From assembly GCA_028023455.1 (NCBI GenBank), contig JAQFVV010000010.1, forward strand, positions 7,316,001 through 7,380,000: a stretch of 64,000 nucleotides of DNA. Reading direction: 5' to 3'. The stretch is from Epiperipatus broadwayi. Lineage: Eukaryota; Animalia; Onychophora. Under the pieces are notes generated by a model, which searched no databases, was not told where the DNA came from, and worked only from the letters and a program-made list of their open reading frames with translations. Below are positions 1-12,676 of this stretch, in pieces; positions within the stretch are counted from its first letter, which is position 1; the number at the start of each line of letters is the position of its first letter. Made by a program: the position numbers and the translations under genes.

Positions 1-2880
1 GGGTTGATTACCAGATCTAGGTGGTCTGAAAAGGGGATTGGGTGAAGGGATAGTCTAAAATAAAATGGAGATCAGGGGAATAGTATGATTTAACTATAAG
101 GGTTGCATATTGTTTTGTGTAAAAGGAGAAGGCATTACTGGGGAAGAAGCCTTTTGCACACATCAGTTGATTGTTAATTAGGTGAATATATTTGGCATTA
201 AAGTGATGATATGATATGTTGAGGCCATGAAACATTATTGTAGGGTAAGAGTTAGATTCAAGTGACATGCTGATTTGGTGAATAGGTGAGTGAATGATCA
301 CTGTGTTTCTCTTGGAGTATACAAAGATGATGTTTAGCCTAAGTGATCAAAGGGTTAAAGTTGTAGTCATGAGAGGTTGGTTAATGAAATTTATTTCATA
401 TGATTTAATTAAGGATTTGATAGGAATTAGGGCCACTATACCTGCAGAAGGGTGGATTGAAATTGAATGATAGAAAGAACCTAGTTTACCAAGTTTGATT
501 GTTATTTCTGGATTTGAGAGTGAGTGCAAATTTTGTTTCTGCACAATAAAATTATGTAGGGGTTGCATTGGTTTATCCAGTTTGAGATTGCATCTATTCT
601 TTTGGTTGATTTGTGATGAACATTTATACCTGCTAATTTAAGTTTCATGTGGTATATGGATTGAAACAGCATAGTGGTCCTGTAACTTATTTAAGTCAGA
701 AGTATAAAGATGTTTGGTGATTAGGGGATGAGATAGACCAGACCTCATTTCTTCCAGGGCTTGGTATGGATGCTAACATCCTTGCTTTTCACTTTGTGAC
801 TTGGATTATTATTATGGAATTCATCAGTCGATTCTATAACTTGAAGTTAATTTTTCCTAAATGGGGAGATTTCCTGGGTACAGGTTTTGGGGAGAATATC
901 AACTCTATGCATTTTGAGTGGTATGTCAAGATCTTGGTTTTTGTCCACAGATGATTCTGCTTTCATTTTCTTTCCTTTCTTGCTTTTTCTAGGAGATTCA
1001 TAATCAGAAGAGTTTTTGCTTGACTCATCTGGCCTTTGGTTCTCTGATCATTGTTCCATGTTTCATCACTGCCTATGATTTGTCTTCTAATTTTTCTTTT
1101 ACTTTTTTTTGATTGATGGTAGAATTATCTGGAATTGTTACATCTGACCTTGGAGATGTGCTACTGCTTCTTGATGAGATTGGAGAAGCATTAGCAATAG
1201 GGCTGTTGTCATTAATAGTAGATATATTAGGTTTCAGCAGTATGAGATTGATTAAGTTATTTTGTGAACTGTCATTCTCAAGAATGTTTTCTGTATTATT
1301 CTCTTTGTGGGAGGTTAATTGCATGGTAGTTGGAGCAATTATCTGTTTACAGCTATGAATCTTGTTTTTTTCATATTGCAGTATCGGTGGTTTCTGGACA
1401 GACAGTCTTTAACTAGATGGGTGCAGAGTTTGCATTGTCACAGTACTCCTCTAAATGATACAATAAGTGGAACAGATTCCACAAGGTGCATAGTGGGAAT
1501 TGAGTTGGGGGAAACTCCTTTGCCTAGCATGGTGGTAAATGTTGCAGTGTTAGTAAGGATGGGTGTTCCAGTCTTTCTTTCCATGAGACAATGAAAATTT
1601 GATACTGTTTCATATGGTTTTAGTAGCCACTGAAGATCAGCTTTATTGAATTTGATGTAACAATTATGTATTAGGCCATTAAGTATTATTGGTCTGTTCA
1701 TGTTAATTACACACAAAATTTTGTTTGCTATGAATTTTATTGTATTCTGGAAATTTTGTCTTTTGTGCTGAATTATGAAATTCTACAATTAAATACCTAC
1801 TGTTTGGGTGATGTAATAATTTATATATATATATTATTCCATAATTTTCGCATTGTAATTTCATTGCAAAATTCCTCAACTGGAAAGTTAAATAGTTTGC
1901 AGCTAAGGTTTGTGACAGAGAGAATTAGGGTTTTGTCACTGCTATAATTTAAAAATGATCTATGGAGTTGTGGAGGGATTGTTGCACTGAACCTATTGTT
2001 TTAATTGTTTAATGTCTGTTGGTCCAAACTTTGGGTCAGTAACTCAGTTTTGGTGAAGTTGGTTTGAGAGGCTGATGTTGTTTCATCTTCAAACATATTG
2101 AAAATATCATTTTCATAGCACTAATCCTCAGTGGCTTATTTTTGTAAGGCTCCAGAGTAAGATATATTATTTGATAAAATTAAGCTAGGTAGAGTTTGGT
2201 TAGGTGCATGGTCAATATTCATTGGAGTTTCATCATTGAAGCTTTTATTTTTTTCTTAGTTTTTTAATAATTCCTTGTCAGAATTATCAATAGCATTATT
2301 ATAATTTCTAACATTATTTGTTTCTAATTCTGGGAATTCATCTATTAGAAAGATCTGTTCAGTAATCACATCTTGTCGGCTTGGACAGAAAAAGAGCAGG
2401 TGCACCGTCTGGTTGTTTACCCCATGGTCATTTTACTGGAACATCTAGTACTATTTTTATATTTAAACCATGTTGGGTGGCAGTTTTCCTGTACCGGACC
2501 ATACTTCCTTGCAGAATTCTGCTCCTAATTTTGCACTGAGCATGAAGTGATCAAGATTTAACAGGGAAAGAAATGGATACCAATTTAGCTGATTGTCTGT
2601 ACTCACATATATTGGTACTTCCAGATAAACTGATAGAAAGAGTGAATTGACAGGACTCTGCCAATTAAAAGTCCCTTTAGCTAATATCCTTCTCGAATGC
2701 CCGAATGTTTAGGACCTATGGTAAGTACACATCTTTGAAAAGTCTATTTACAGATAGCTTTTGCATGCCATTCCTAGAAAGGAATAAAAATGAATTCCCC
2801 CCTCCTAGAAGGATATGTAATACCATATGTACAGTGGCGCATGAGAAAGATTTAACATCTAGGGTCTTCAATGGGTAAGT
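1..2880 (-). mobile_element. Degenerate L1/Tx1-clade LINE: 5' region, ORF1 and the APE endonuclease at the start of ORF2; truncated by the window edge
   Basis: Minus-strand translation from 648 gives MKLKLAGINVHHKSTKRIDAISNWINQCNP (APE N-terminus), then HPSAGIVALIP, TIMFHGLN (GDFN-like), FSFYTKQYATLI and SDHLDLVIN near base 1. Upstream ORF1 remnants include a zinc-knuckle-like QCKLCTHLVKDC (~1400-1440) and a segment similar to ORF1 of the element at 39.7-45 kb. Many stops and frameshifts; 5' boundary approximate. Confidence 0.75.
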
Positions 2881-3819
2881 TAAATGGTTATTATAGGTAT
2901 GTGACTGATAAGGAAAGAGTAAGTTTTATTAAATAAATAATAATACAAAAACAATTTAATATTATTATTAAATATTTATTTAATCCCAGATACTCACCAC
3001 CGTTTCATACTTATAATGTTATAATAAAAAATAAATGAATTATCACAGACCCGTATACACATTTGATGCTTTGAAATAGAAAATATAAATACAATTTATA
3101 TGAATAAGAAAATATATAAATCCCTAAAGCTATTTACAATGTTTCATAAAGAATGGAAGTGGTCTGAGCTTTTTACCCTGTTGAAATGAGTTATGTTTTG
3201 TGTGATTTGATATATTTCTTATATAAAAGATTTTCAGTTACACAGGCATACACTTCTACTAAGGACTTTAAAACCTTTTTTATTGATAGTAAATATAATA
3301 AAAAACAACTATGCATACCTATATTTGCACTATATTTCATTAATTTCATATACAACATGTCAATAAGGTTGTGTTAGCTCAGGTACCATATAGCACTCAA
3401 CATGAGGTGCTGTATCTATTTGCTTTTTATGATAAAATCTTATACATCTATATATGTGCAGCACAATTATACACTCACAACTATTCTAAATATAAAGTTA
3501 TTAGTGGACTTGCTTATGGGAAATTTATAATAAATAAACCCTTTGGCACTCATCATAAGGTGCCACAATGACAAAAAATAAAAGGATATACAGATAAATA
3601 CATTTTTAGACCCTCAACATGAGGTGTCATATTTACCGAATATTAACAGTGTATGTGCATGTATATACATATGACAATTTTCAACAAGAAAAAAAAACAA
3701 ATAGCAATAAAAAAACTAATTGTGACCTTTGCTAAAAATACTAGAATTTGGGATAGAAAAATGAATTAAAAGATTTAAGTAAAAGCTGTATCATTATGCT
3801 TGTAATAACTGTAAATTCA

Positions 3820-3854
<35 letters not shown>

Positions 3855-3999
3855 CAAGAGACAGCTCTCTCTTATTTTTTTTAAATGATTAATAATAATA
3901 AGAAAAAAAAATAACATATTTCTAATTATCAGAAATATCAGAATGAATGAATTCAATATTAATAAAACATTTTTTAAAGAACCTTATGTAGGCATCTTC

Positions 4000-4560
4000 A
4001 TCTTTTTCTGACTAGGTTTTGAGTAGATTTCAAGTCAATTGGTTGTGCAGTGAGGATTTCATCTCATTCAGGCATAGGCAAGGCAGCTTTTGTCATCAAT
4101 GTGGCTGGCTGGAACTGGAATGATCACATCTTGGTGATTTGGACAGAGAAAGGGCAGGTGCACTGGCTGGTTTTTTACCCCATGGTCATTTTAGTGAAAG
4201 TTCTGGTAGATTTTTCCATATTTTCTATCTGGTATAATGCAATAATTATTATTAAATGTTCATCTGCTATCTGGACTAGCTCATTAAATCCTTAAGAAAA
4301 CAAGAGTACTTAAAAGAACTGTGTAATAAATTTCTTCTTAAAAAATATCAGCAATAGTCTCATCCATAAATTAATCTCAAAGTGGCTAGATGATTGAAGA
4401 ATTTTGGAGCCAAAGTATTGAATGACTTGCCCAGAATGACTGCCAAAAGCAAGAATGAACTGAATCCCACAACACTGACAAAAACCTATCAATCCTACTC
4501 ATAGGAACCAATTCAGGCACCCCACTGAGAAGTATGAATCAGTCAAACCTTTTAGCTTAT
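4000..4560 (-). mobile_element. Second 5' fragment related to the LINE at 1-2880
   Basis: 4141-4200 (ggacagagaaagggcaggtgcactggctggttttttaccccatggtcatttta) closely matches ~2383-2440 (ggacagaaaaagagcaggtgcaccgtctggttgtttaccccatggtcatttta). Extent beyond this match is estimated. Confidence 0.4.
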
Positions 4561-5082
4561 CATTTAGATCATACACATTCCTTTCTATTTTTTTAATTAA
4601 ATTCTACATTTTACGGTTTGATATAATGATTAGTTTCCATTTTGAATACTCAGACCACTTGATTACAGATATTAATTCAAAAGAATTTTATCTAAAAAAA
4701 ATAACATTTTAACATTTGTTAACAAACATTTTGCTTTTTGATTAAGTTTTTACCAAAGCAATTAATATTTTTTTGATTATGGAATAAAAATAATATATTT
4801 ATATGATTATAGGAAGTATTAATTGATATTTATAGAATATAAAAAAGTGTAAAATGTACAATATATAAAAAAGTAATAATTATATAGAAGTATATAAGAT
4901 AAATGTGGGTATATAAATAATGATTAGAATATGTATATAAAGTAAAATTATATGTTCATTATAATAGTTTATATTATAATAATTCAAGATGGTAGTTGTA
5001 ACTTATGCCCCATGTGGCCACATGAAGCGCTGTTTCTGTGTCAGCTACAGAAGTATTCAGAATAGAGGGTCAAAAGCAGCGA

Positions 5083-5373
5083 TTGTGGCACAATAATTAT
5101 GAGGAATTAGAAAATTTGTTAAACAAACAGTATGATTTAGAACAACTGGATTCTTGTAATCAATCACCTCTAATGTTAGGCAATACTTTAGGTCATCTGG
5201 AGAGTGCACAGGTACTGCTTAAACATAATGCTAATGTGAATGTAGAAGGTAAAGATGGTTGAACAGTTTTACATGAAGCTATAAGTATAAGCAATCCAGA
5301 ATTAGTTCAGTTAATATTATAATATCGTGATTACCAATGGCATACTAATTGATTTAAAGGCATTCTAGATCTA
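5083..5373 (+). pseudogene. ANKRD13: ANKRD13-family N-terminal ankyrin-repeat retrocopy fragment
   Basis: Single frame LWHNNYEELENLLNKQYDLEQLDSCNQSPLMLGNTLGHLESAQVLLKHNANVNVEGKDG*TVLHEAISISNPELVQLIL*YRDYQWHTN*FKGILDL matches the recalled ANKRD13 N-terminus (WHNDY..L...D.RGRTPL.LAV.LGHLESARVLL...A.V..EN..GWTVL.EAVSTGDPELVQLVL.YRDYQR....L.GIPEL). Three in-frame stops, no introns. Confidence 0.85.
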
Positions 5374-5930
5374 ATTCCTCATAATTACTGTGCCACACTA
5401 ATAAGTTGTATGGAGAGTTCTGCCTTTGTTATACATAACAATCATATATCAATTGTCTTTGAATGTTAATGCTACCAAAACTAATAAGAAATCTAGAACA
5501 TTTTTACATACTATTGGAGCTCAAAAAAAATATCTTCAGAAATTTTTTTTTTTTATTGCTTTCACAGTTGCAGAATAATGGATTAAAAAGTAGAAGGTCT
5601 AGAATCTATTTTCAACTAATGTGAAACCAAAAAACTATTTCCAGACTATTTCAAAGTAATTGTATAACACAAAGTTTGTAGAATTGCATTTACTGGAGAA
5701 TCAACATTTCTCTATTAATACTCACCTCAAAATTAATATCTCTACTTTGGTAATTGACTAAAAGCATACATACTACCTTTGCTTTAAATAATCTAATATA
5801 AATATTCATATGTTAAACTGCAAAATAATTTTTTTAAAAAGAGTTATTAGCAAATTAATGTTTATTGATCTTATTTACCCATTAAACAGCACATGATCGC
5901 TATTCTTTATGCTTACACAAGTTGACAACA

Positions 5931-6090
5931 CAGAAGCAAAACTCTTCATGCAGTAACCTCACTGATGAAAGCCACAAGTTAGAAACTAGTCTGAGAATAG
6001 TGGATGAGTAGGCACTAGATAGGGATTTTGTGCACAAGCCTAGCATCCAGTAATTACTCTAGCTTGTACTGAGTGGTGCTACTGTATGGA
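5931..6090 (+). mobile_element. Hammerhead-bearing short repeat, family B (truncated, with an inverted copy of its 3' tail at the 5' end)
   Basis: Homologous to 37316-37612 and 38637-38900 (cctcactgatga...gaaactagtctg...gatgagtaggcactagatagggatttt...ctactgtatgga). 5936-5955 is the reverse complement of the family tail tactgtatggagagttttgc (18/20). Confidence 0.7.
5957..5996 (+). ncRNA. Degenerate minimal type-I hammerhead ribozyme
   Basis: CCTCA CTGATGA AAGC CACAA GTTA GAAAC TA GTC TGAGA: core intact, stem II imperfect. Confidence 0.55.
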
Positions 6091-6124
6091 TTTTATTTAA
6101 TAGGCTACCCATTGTAGTGCTGAA

Positions 6125-9100
6125 GTGGCTGATTTGCTCTGTAAGATAAGTTCAAGTTTTATATATTTTTAATAACATCTGGATAAAAATTTAGGTTGCT
6201 GGAGACTTTGAGAGTGAATGAGAAAAGAGAATTGAAGTGCAAGACATAGATTTAATTAGATTTGGAAAAATTGAGAAAAATATTGCTAACATTTGGAAAG
6301 TGATTTCATACACCATTTTAACTATATAAAAAAAATTGTTTGTATGTGTGTGTGTTTATTGCAAGGAGGCTTTAAAACTAAGGCATACATAAGATTAGTT
6401 GGATTTTAGGTTTGCTATTAAATTTTTTCCCCAATTTAAGTGATTTATTTGAGAAAGAGAGTAATGTTTGAGGTGTAAGTTTAAGGGAACATTTGTTTTT
6501 CGGTTGCCATTTTCTTAAAAAGTTTTTTTTTCCTTTTGTATAAAGAGGTTTGAAGAGTGGTAGAAAAATCATAAATTTAAATGTAGACTAAATAAATTGA
6601 AAAGTGAGGAAAAAAGGATTGCACTTGCATCCCACAATGTATGTATGATGATCAGAAGGAAATTAGGCATGCTTTGGTAGTGTGTATAATATGTGATAAG
6701 GGTTTCCATTTGAAATATTTAAATAAGACTAGGAAAGATGTAAAAGGTGTATGGTTGTGTGGATCATACACAAATGTGATAAAAGAGGTGAAAAAATGTT
6801 TTTTAATGTAGATAATATAAAGAGAAAGTCAGGAGAAATGGAGAAAATGTAGATAAAAATAATAGAATGGAGTATATATTTAGTAGAATGGCAAGAGATA
6901 TCAATGATAAAATAAGTCGTACAATGGAGATAATTAAGCAAAGAATAAGCAAGATTAAATGAAGAGGTAAAGGATGTAGAAGTAAAATTAAAAGTGTTAG
7001 ACATGAAGTGTAAGCAGATCAAGAAATTAATGTGTAGAAACAATGAAGAAGTAGATAAGGTACTTCAGAAGATGGATGAGAATATTATGGATGAAGTAGG
7101 GAAAGTAAATTATGAAACAGTCTTGATAGGGGACTCACTAATTAGAGAATGTGGAGATGTAATTGCAATGGAAAGTAGAAATAGATATATAAGAGTATGT
7201 TTTCCTGGAGCTAGAAGTAGGGTTGTTATAGATAATGTAAAAAAACAGAGGAGTAGAGATATTTATGTTATGGTAGGGACAAATAATTTGTCAGAGCCAT
7301 TGGAGAGAGTAATGGATGAGTACAAAGAATTGATTAGTAGTTTCACTAAAGTTAAAAGAAGAGTAGGAGTAGAAGAATTACTATTAAGATTCAACAATAG
7401 GTATATGTTAAATAGAGAATGTTCTATAAATAAGAGATTGAAAAAATTATGTGACAGAAATGTTATGTTTGTGGATGTGTGGGAATTTTTTTATTAGTAA
7501 GAGGGAGTTATACAATAAAGATGGATTGCCCTTAGCAAGTCAAGGAAGTGAAGCATTAGGGGGTTTGATTTATGAAAAATATTATAGTTCAGGAAACTCG
7601 TAGAGGGGGGGGGTTTAAATTACAGTATTATCAAAAAAAGGTTAAGAATGGGTGGAATGTAAGAAATAAACAAAGGGTAGCTGATTCAGATATAAATATA
7701 GATGTAGAGAGGAAATGGATCTGTAAAACTAGTGACAAACAAACTAATTACAAATGTAATAGAGAAGGAAGAGTCAAAAGAATTTATAAAAAGGTGGTAA
7801 GAAATATTGGATATTTGAATATGCAAGGTGGTAAGAGATCAGAAAAGTGGTTGGAATTAAACAAAGCAGTTAAAAACAAAGAGCTTGAGGTAATAGCAGT
7901 AGTGGAAACACATCTAAGAGAAGATGAACATACCCTGGAAGATTTGGTATGGCAGGGTATAAATAAAAAAGAAAAAGAAAAAAGGGTGGTGGTATAGGAG
8001 TAATGTCAAAAAAATATTTAAATACTGTAAAGTATTGCGAATATTTGTGATTTGAGATAAGGTTTATGAAGACAAGAATGGATAATGATTATAGGGTATA
8101 TGGTGACTGGAGATGACTCAAATTATAATGGAGTGGAACAGTAGCATATATGAATGACTAGTTAAGGCTATATAGAGTTTCAAAAAAATGGGGAAGAAAA
8201 TAATGGCTATAGAGGATATGAATGGGCATATTGAAAAAATTGATGATGTGGATAACAAAAATGGAGAGCTTTTGAAAATTTTTTGTCAAAGAATGAATTT
8301 GAGCATTGAGAAGAAAATTAAAGCATTTGATAATGAAGAAAGAGTATGTAATAGTGATGATAATTTCTTAATAATAGAAATGGTTAGTAATGTGATGGAC
8401 AATAATAATAAAAGTAGAAAAGATAATGAAAGATGTGGATAGAGAATGAATGATAAGAATAAGTTAGAAGTATATAAAATAAAACTAGCATGAATGTAAG
8501 AATTGCTGTGATGAAGTAGAAAAAAATGGCAAATATGGTTTTAGATAAAAATATTCAGAAGAATAAAAGTAATAGAAAAGTGGGAATTAGTAAAAGTATA
8601 AAAGAGAGGAATAAAGTATGCTGAGAATATAAATGTGCTAATAAAAACAAGGAAAGTAAAAAAATATTAATATTTAATGGGAAAACTATTTAAATAAAAA
8701 GAAGTTGTCTAAAATAGATAATTATAGAGAATGAAATTAAACAGTAAATTAATGGAGGATATTAATAAAAGGGGAAGAGATAGGTGTAAAAAATTTTGTA
8801 AATATATTAAAAGAATGAATGTAGGAGAGAGAGAAATAATATTACTAAATGATGAGGAAAAAGAGTGTAGCTCTAGAGAAGAATTAGAGACAAACTTAAA
8901 TAAGTATGTAATGTATATAGAAAAGATGTTAAATGTAAAGGATAGAGTGATAACAAACATAGAAGCACGTAGTAGTGGAAATATTAATTTTGCACAAAAT
9001 AAACTAGATGATGCAGGAAGATGTTGAAAAGTGGAAAGGCAAGAGATTTAGATGGATGGCCAGCAGAGATGGTGATGGATTTGGGAAATAGGGCAAAATT

Positions 9101-10098
9101 AAATCTATTATCATGTTTTAATAAGATGGCACAGAAGACAGAATTTCCAGATAGCTGGAATAATACCAAGAGTGATTTTATTATTTAAAGGAAAGGGTAA
9201 AAAAATCATAGAAATATAAAGAATTATAGACCAGTAGTGATAATGTCAGTGTTATATAAAGTTTTTGCATATATGATGACTGGAAGGGTGGAAAAATGGA
9301 TGAAAAAAAAATAATATAGTGGGAGAAATGCAAGTAGATTTTAGAATGGATAGGCATATGGGATAGAGTTTATTTGTAGTCATACAACTTATAGATATGA
9401 GTAAGAATATAAGTAAACAGTTATATATGGTCTTTATAGATATGAAGAAGGCATATGATAGAGGAAATAGAAAAGATTATGGATAAGTTGAATAAATTTG
9501 GGAATGAATGGAGGTTTAGTGGATCTTATTAAGAGATTGTATGAAAATAATTGCTATATGTATCAATTAGGAAATATAGAATCAATTAGAGTCAAAAATG
9601 GGATAGGACTAATGCAAGGATGCCCTATGTCACCTATTTTGTTTTTATTATATTTTTGAGAGAAATGGGGAGAACAATAGGAAGACTAGAAAGAGGAATA
9701 GAGATATCACTAATAGATGACAAGGAAATGTATACATTGTCAAATCTTTATTTGCTGATGATATCTTCTTGTGCAAAGAAATTAGGGAAGATATGGAAGT
9801 TATGCATAAGGGTGGTTAAAGAGATGGGGATTAAATTTAATGAAGAAGAATCAAAAGTAATGATGGGGAAAGAGAATAGAAAAATTTTTTATTGAGAGAT
9901 ATAAACGTTAAATGCAGGGAATAGTAATAACTATTTGGGAATTGTCTTAAGTAATCAGAGAAATTGCTTGGCTGAATGAGAGAAAAAATTAATTAATGAA
10001 GGAAAGAAAAGAAAGAAACTGATAAAGAAATTAACAGTGTTTTCATACAATAAATATGATGGAGCAAGAATTGTATGAAAGGGAGTGGCAATAGTCAA
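6125..10098 (+). mobile_element. Degenerate LINE (RTE-X/CR1-like): ORF1 PHD finger + coiled coil + SGNH esterase; ORF2 APE + RT; 3'-truncated
   Basis: CIICDKGFHLKY...WLCGS (PHD remnant, ~6680-6775); TVLIGDSLIR and MVGTNNL (SGNH blocks, ORF 6994-7497); IGYLNMQGG, VETHLRE, EDMNGH (APE); FPDSWNNTRVILLFKGKG, YRPVVIMSVLYKVF, FIDMKKAYD, GLMQGCPMSPILF, FADDIF (RT, frameshifted). Collinear with the copy at 22050-27965. Confidence 0.85.
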
Positions 10099-11457
10099 GT
10101 GTCGATATTTAATTACAGATTTCTATTTGCGGAATTACTCCAATATAAATTTGATAGAACTTAGCGTGCAGTACAAATATATGTGCAAACTATAGCATAT
10201 TTAAAAAATATATTTTTTAATTATTCTGTTATATTCATGGTATAAATATACTTCTTCAGCATGAACAATTTGAAAAATAATTTTCAGTTTCTTATTTTAT
10301 ATTTAAACTTTTGAATAAACTAACCCTGAACAAAAATAAGAGACTTAAAAAAAAATTAAAGGAACAACATTAAACCTTACTTAATAGCATAATTAATCAT
10401 CACTAGATGGCAGAAGCTATCATATTGCGGTCTTGCACTTAATACAAATGTGTTAATAAATAGCTACTTTCTTCGTTAACATGCTAACTATGTCAAATGT
10501 TACTATATACAATAATCTGTTTAGAAATATGTATTTTTTAAATATTGTTTTAGAAAATTTGGATTATCATAATTTTTGTAGAGTACAGTAAACCTATAAA
10601 GAAATTTACTCTTTTTAAAAAAAATATTGCCTGGCCATCTTAAAAAGTACATTTATTTATATTTTAAGTCTAAAATCATTTGAAACTATATTTATAGTTT
10701 GGTTAATAAAAAAAAAGAGTGATTATTATTATTGCATATCACTTTAATTAATCGGGGAAACATTACATTAACTCCAATTATTCATAATTCACTTTCCGCC
10801 TTCTTTATTTGCAACTTTGGACATTTTTCTTTATTATTAAATATATGATTATAAAATAAAAACTTGTATCTTTATTATCGTTTTTCTTTTTATTATTATT
10901 ATTAATTTATACGTAACTATTGAATATAAAAAGTACAATTCTGTGCATATTTCTAAGCTTTGCAAATAAATCACTAGGTGAACAAACGCAATATGTCGAA
11001 TTAAATTTTTAAGAAGATCCGAGGAGGAATATCCCTCCTTAACTATAAAATTATTTCGTTTTTTCGAAAACAATAAAATTGTTCTACATAAAAATAGAAA
11101 GTTAATTTAAAAATAGTTCTAAAAAAAAACAATATTAATAAGTACATCTTAAAATATATATAGAGTACACAGATACTATACCATGTGTTTAAAGTAGTTT
11201 ATATAAAATGTTACTGTTTAGTGAGATAATGATGTCTTATACAGATAAGTTATCGTACAATGAATAAATTAATACCAATTATGTGGCTCTCTCATCAAAA
11301 GTTAATTTCCACTCAGCTAATATTTAGTTTATGTTTGCACATTTATATGTATTCATACCCATGTTGGTCGTAAGTCATTCTTATCCCTCACATTTAGGAC
11401 CTTAAGCCCATTTAAATACACAGAAGAGAGATGGTCCGAATACAGGCTGCATATGTG

Positions 11458-12109
11458 ATATTTAAATACAAGTATATTATATATACTTTTAAGCTAGATG
11501 TAATTAGAGGAGATTTGAACCCAAACTTTGAAGCTACCTTTAATCATGCACTCCATTTTATATAACCGATACACATGATCACATACATTTGAAAAAGATA
11601 AATGATTTCCAACATACATATTTCTTGCTGAACCAGCACTCATTGTAGGTCCAGATCATCATCTGCCATATATATATAATCAGTGGCCAGTTTATATTAA
11701 AATAGCTAATCTTCAAACTTTAATAGACTTCAATCTTCTCCACTTTCCCAACTTTTCACCCATCTATATTGAAAATCTGATGATAGCATGTTCAGATTTT
11801 CAATATATGGGCAGGTGAAAAGTTGGAGAACGATTGAAGCCTGTCCATTAATGCTTGAAGATTTGCTATATTAATACAAACTAAGCACTGATTACATATA
11901 TGTGTGGGAGATGATCTGGACCAACTAATGAATGCTGTTTCAGCACAAAATATATATATTGGAAATCATTTATCTTTTTCACATGTATATGGTCATGTGT
12001 ATCGGTTGTATAAGATGGAGTTGATGACTAAAGGGAGATTGCAGGTCTGGGTTCAAATCGCTTCTAATTACATGTAGCTTAAAAGTATAAATATACTTTA
12101 TTTAAATAT
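11458..12109. repeat. ~650-bp foldback (long inverted repeat), family D
   Basis: Left arm (aagctagatgtaattagaggagatttgaaccc...) is the reverse complement of the right arm (...gggttcaaatcgcttctaattacatgtagctt). Centre tattgaaaatctga-tgatagcatgt-tcagattttcaata near 11768-11806. Confidence 0.85.
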
Positions 12110-12241
12110 ATGTATATTAAATAAAATTTGTTGAAATTTAAGAGTCGCATGCAGATAATAGTGCATTATTATTTATTTATATGTAAAATCTTTATTAACA
12201 AAAAACAAAAATTGTGTGCATTTTTACAATAATTATTTAAT

Positions 12242-12676
12242 TGTAATTAGGAGATTTGAACACAGACTTTCAAACACCTTCAGTATCCACTCTATCTCAG
12301 AGAACATATATATGTGACTACATAGTGAAAAAGATAAATGATTTCCAAGATACGTATTTCATGTTGAACCAGCACTCATCAATTGATCAAGATCATCATC
12401 TCCCAAATATACAGTCAGTGCTCTGTTGATAATATAACAAATCTTCAAACTTTAATGGACAGGCTTACTATCTTAATATAAAACAAGCACTGATTATATA
12501 TATATGGGAGTGATGATCTGGGCCAACAAATGAGAGTGCTGGTTCCGTACAAAATATGTATATTGGAGATCATTTACGTTTTTTACATGTGTGTAGCCAT
12601 GTATATCGGTTGTATGACATAGAGTGGATAGCTGAAGAAAGCTTGTAAGTCCGTCTTCAAATCCCCTATAATTACA
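12242..12676. repeat. Second family D foldback with an asymmetric centre
   Basis: tgtaattaggagatttgaa...ttcaaatcccctataattaca ends; internal sequence matches both arms of 11458-12109. Confidence 0.8.

Noticed and set aside
3820-3853. (TA)n(TG)n microsatellite and the many short TA or A runs
   Set aside because: Ordinary simple repeats for an AT-rich genome.
6378-9895. Minus-strand ORFs opposite the LINE (and opposite 23782-27935)
   Set aside because: Shadows of the purine-rich plus strand, giving F/L/S/I-rich translations without motifs.
10400-10413. CTCF-like motif tcactagatggcag
   Set aside because: A single short motif match with no supporting context.
12035-12065. tRNA gene or SINE head at family D ends (gggttcaaatc)
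   Set aside because: No cloverleaf; the B-box-like motif sits at the outward end of the repeat. Kept only as an ambiguity in the family D finding.
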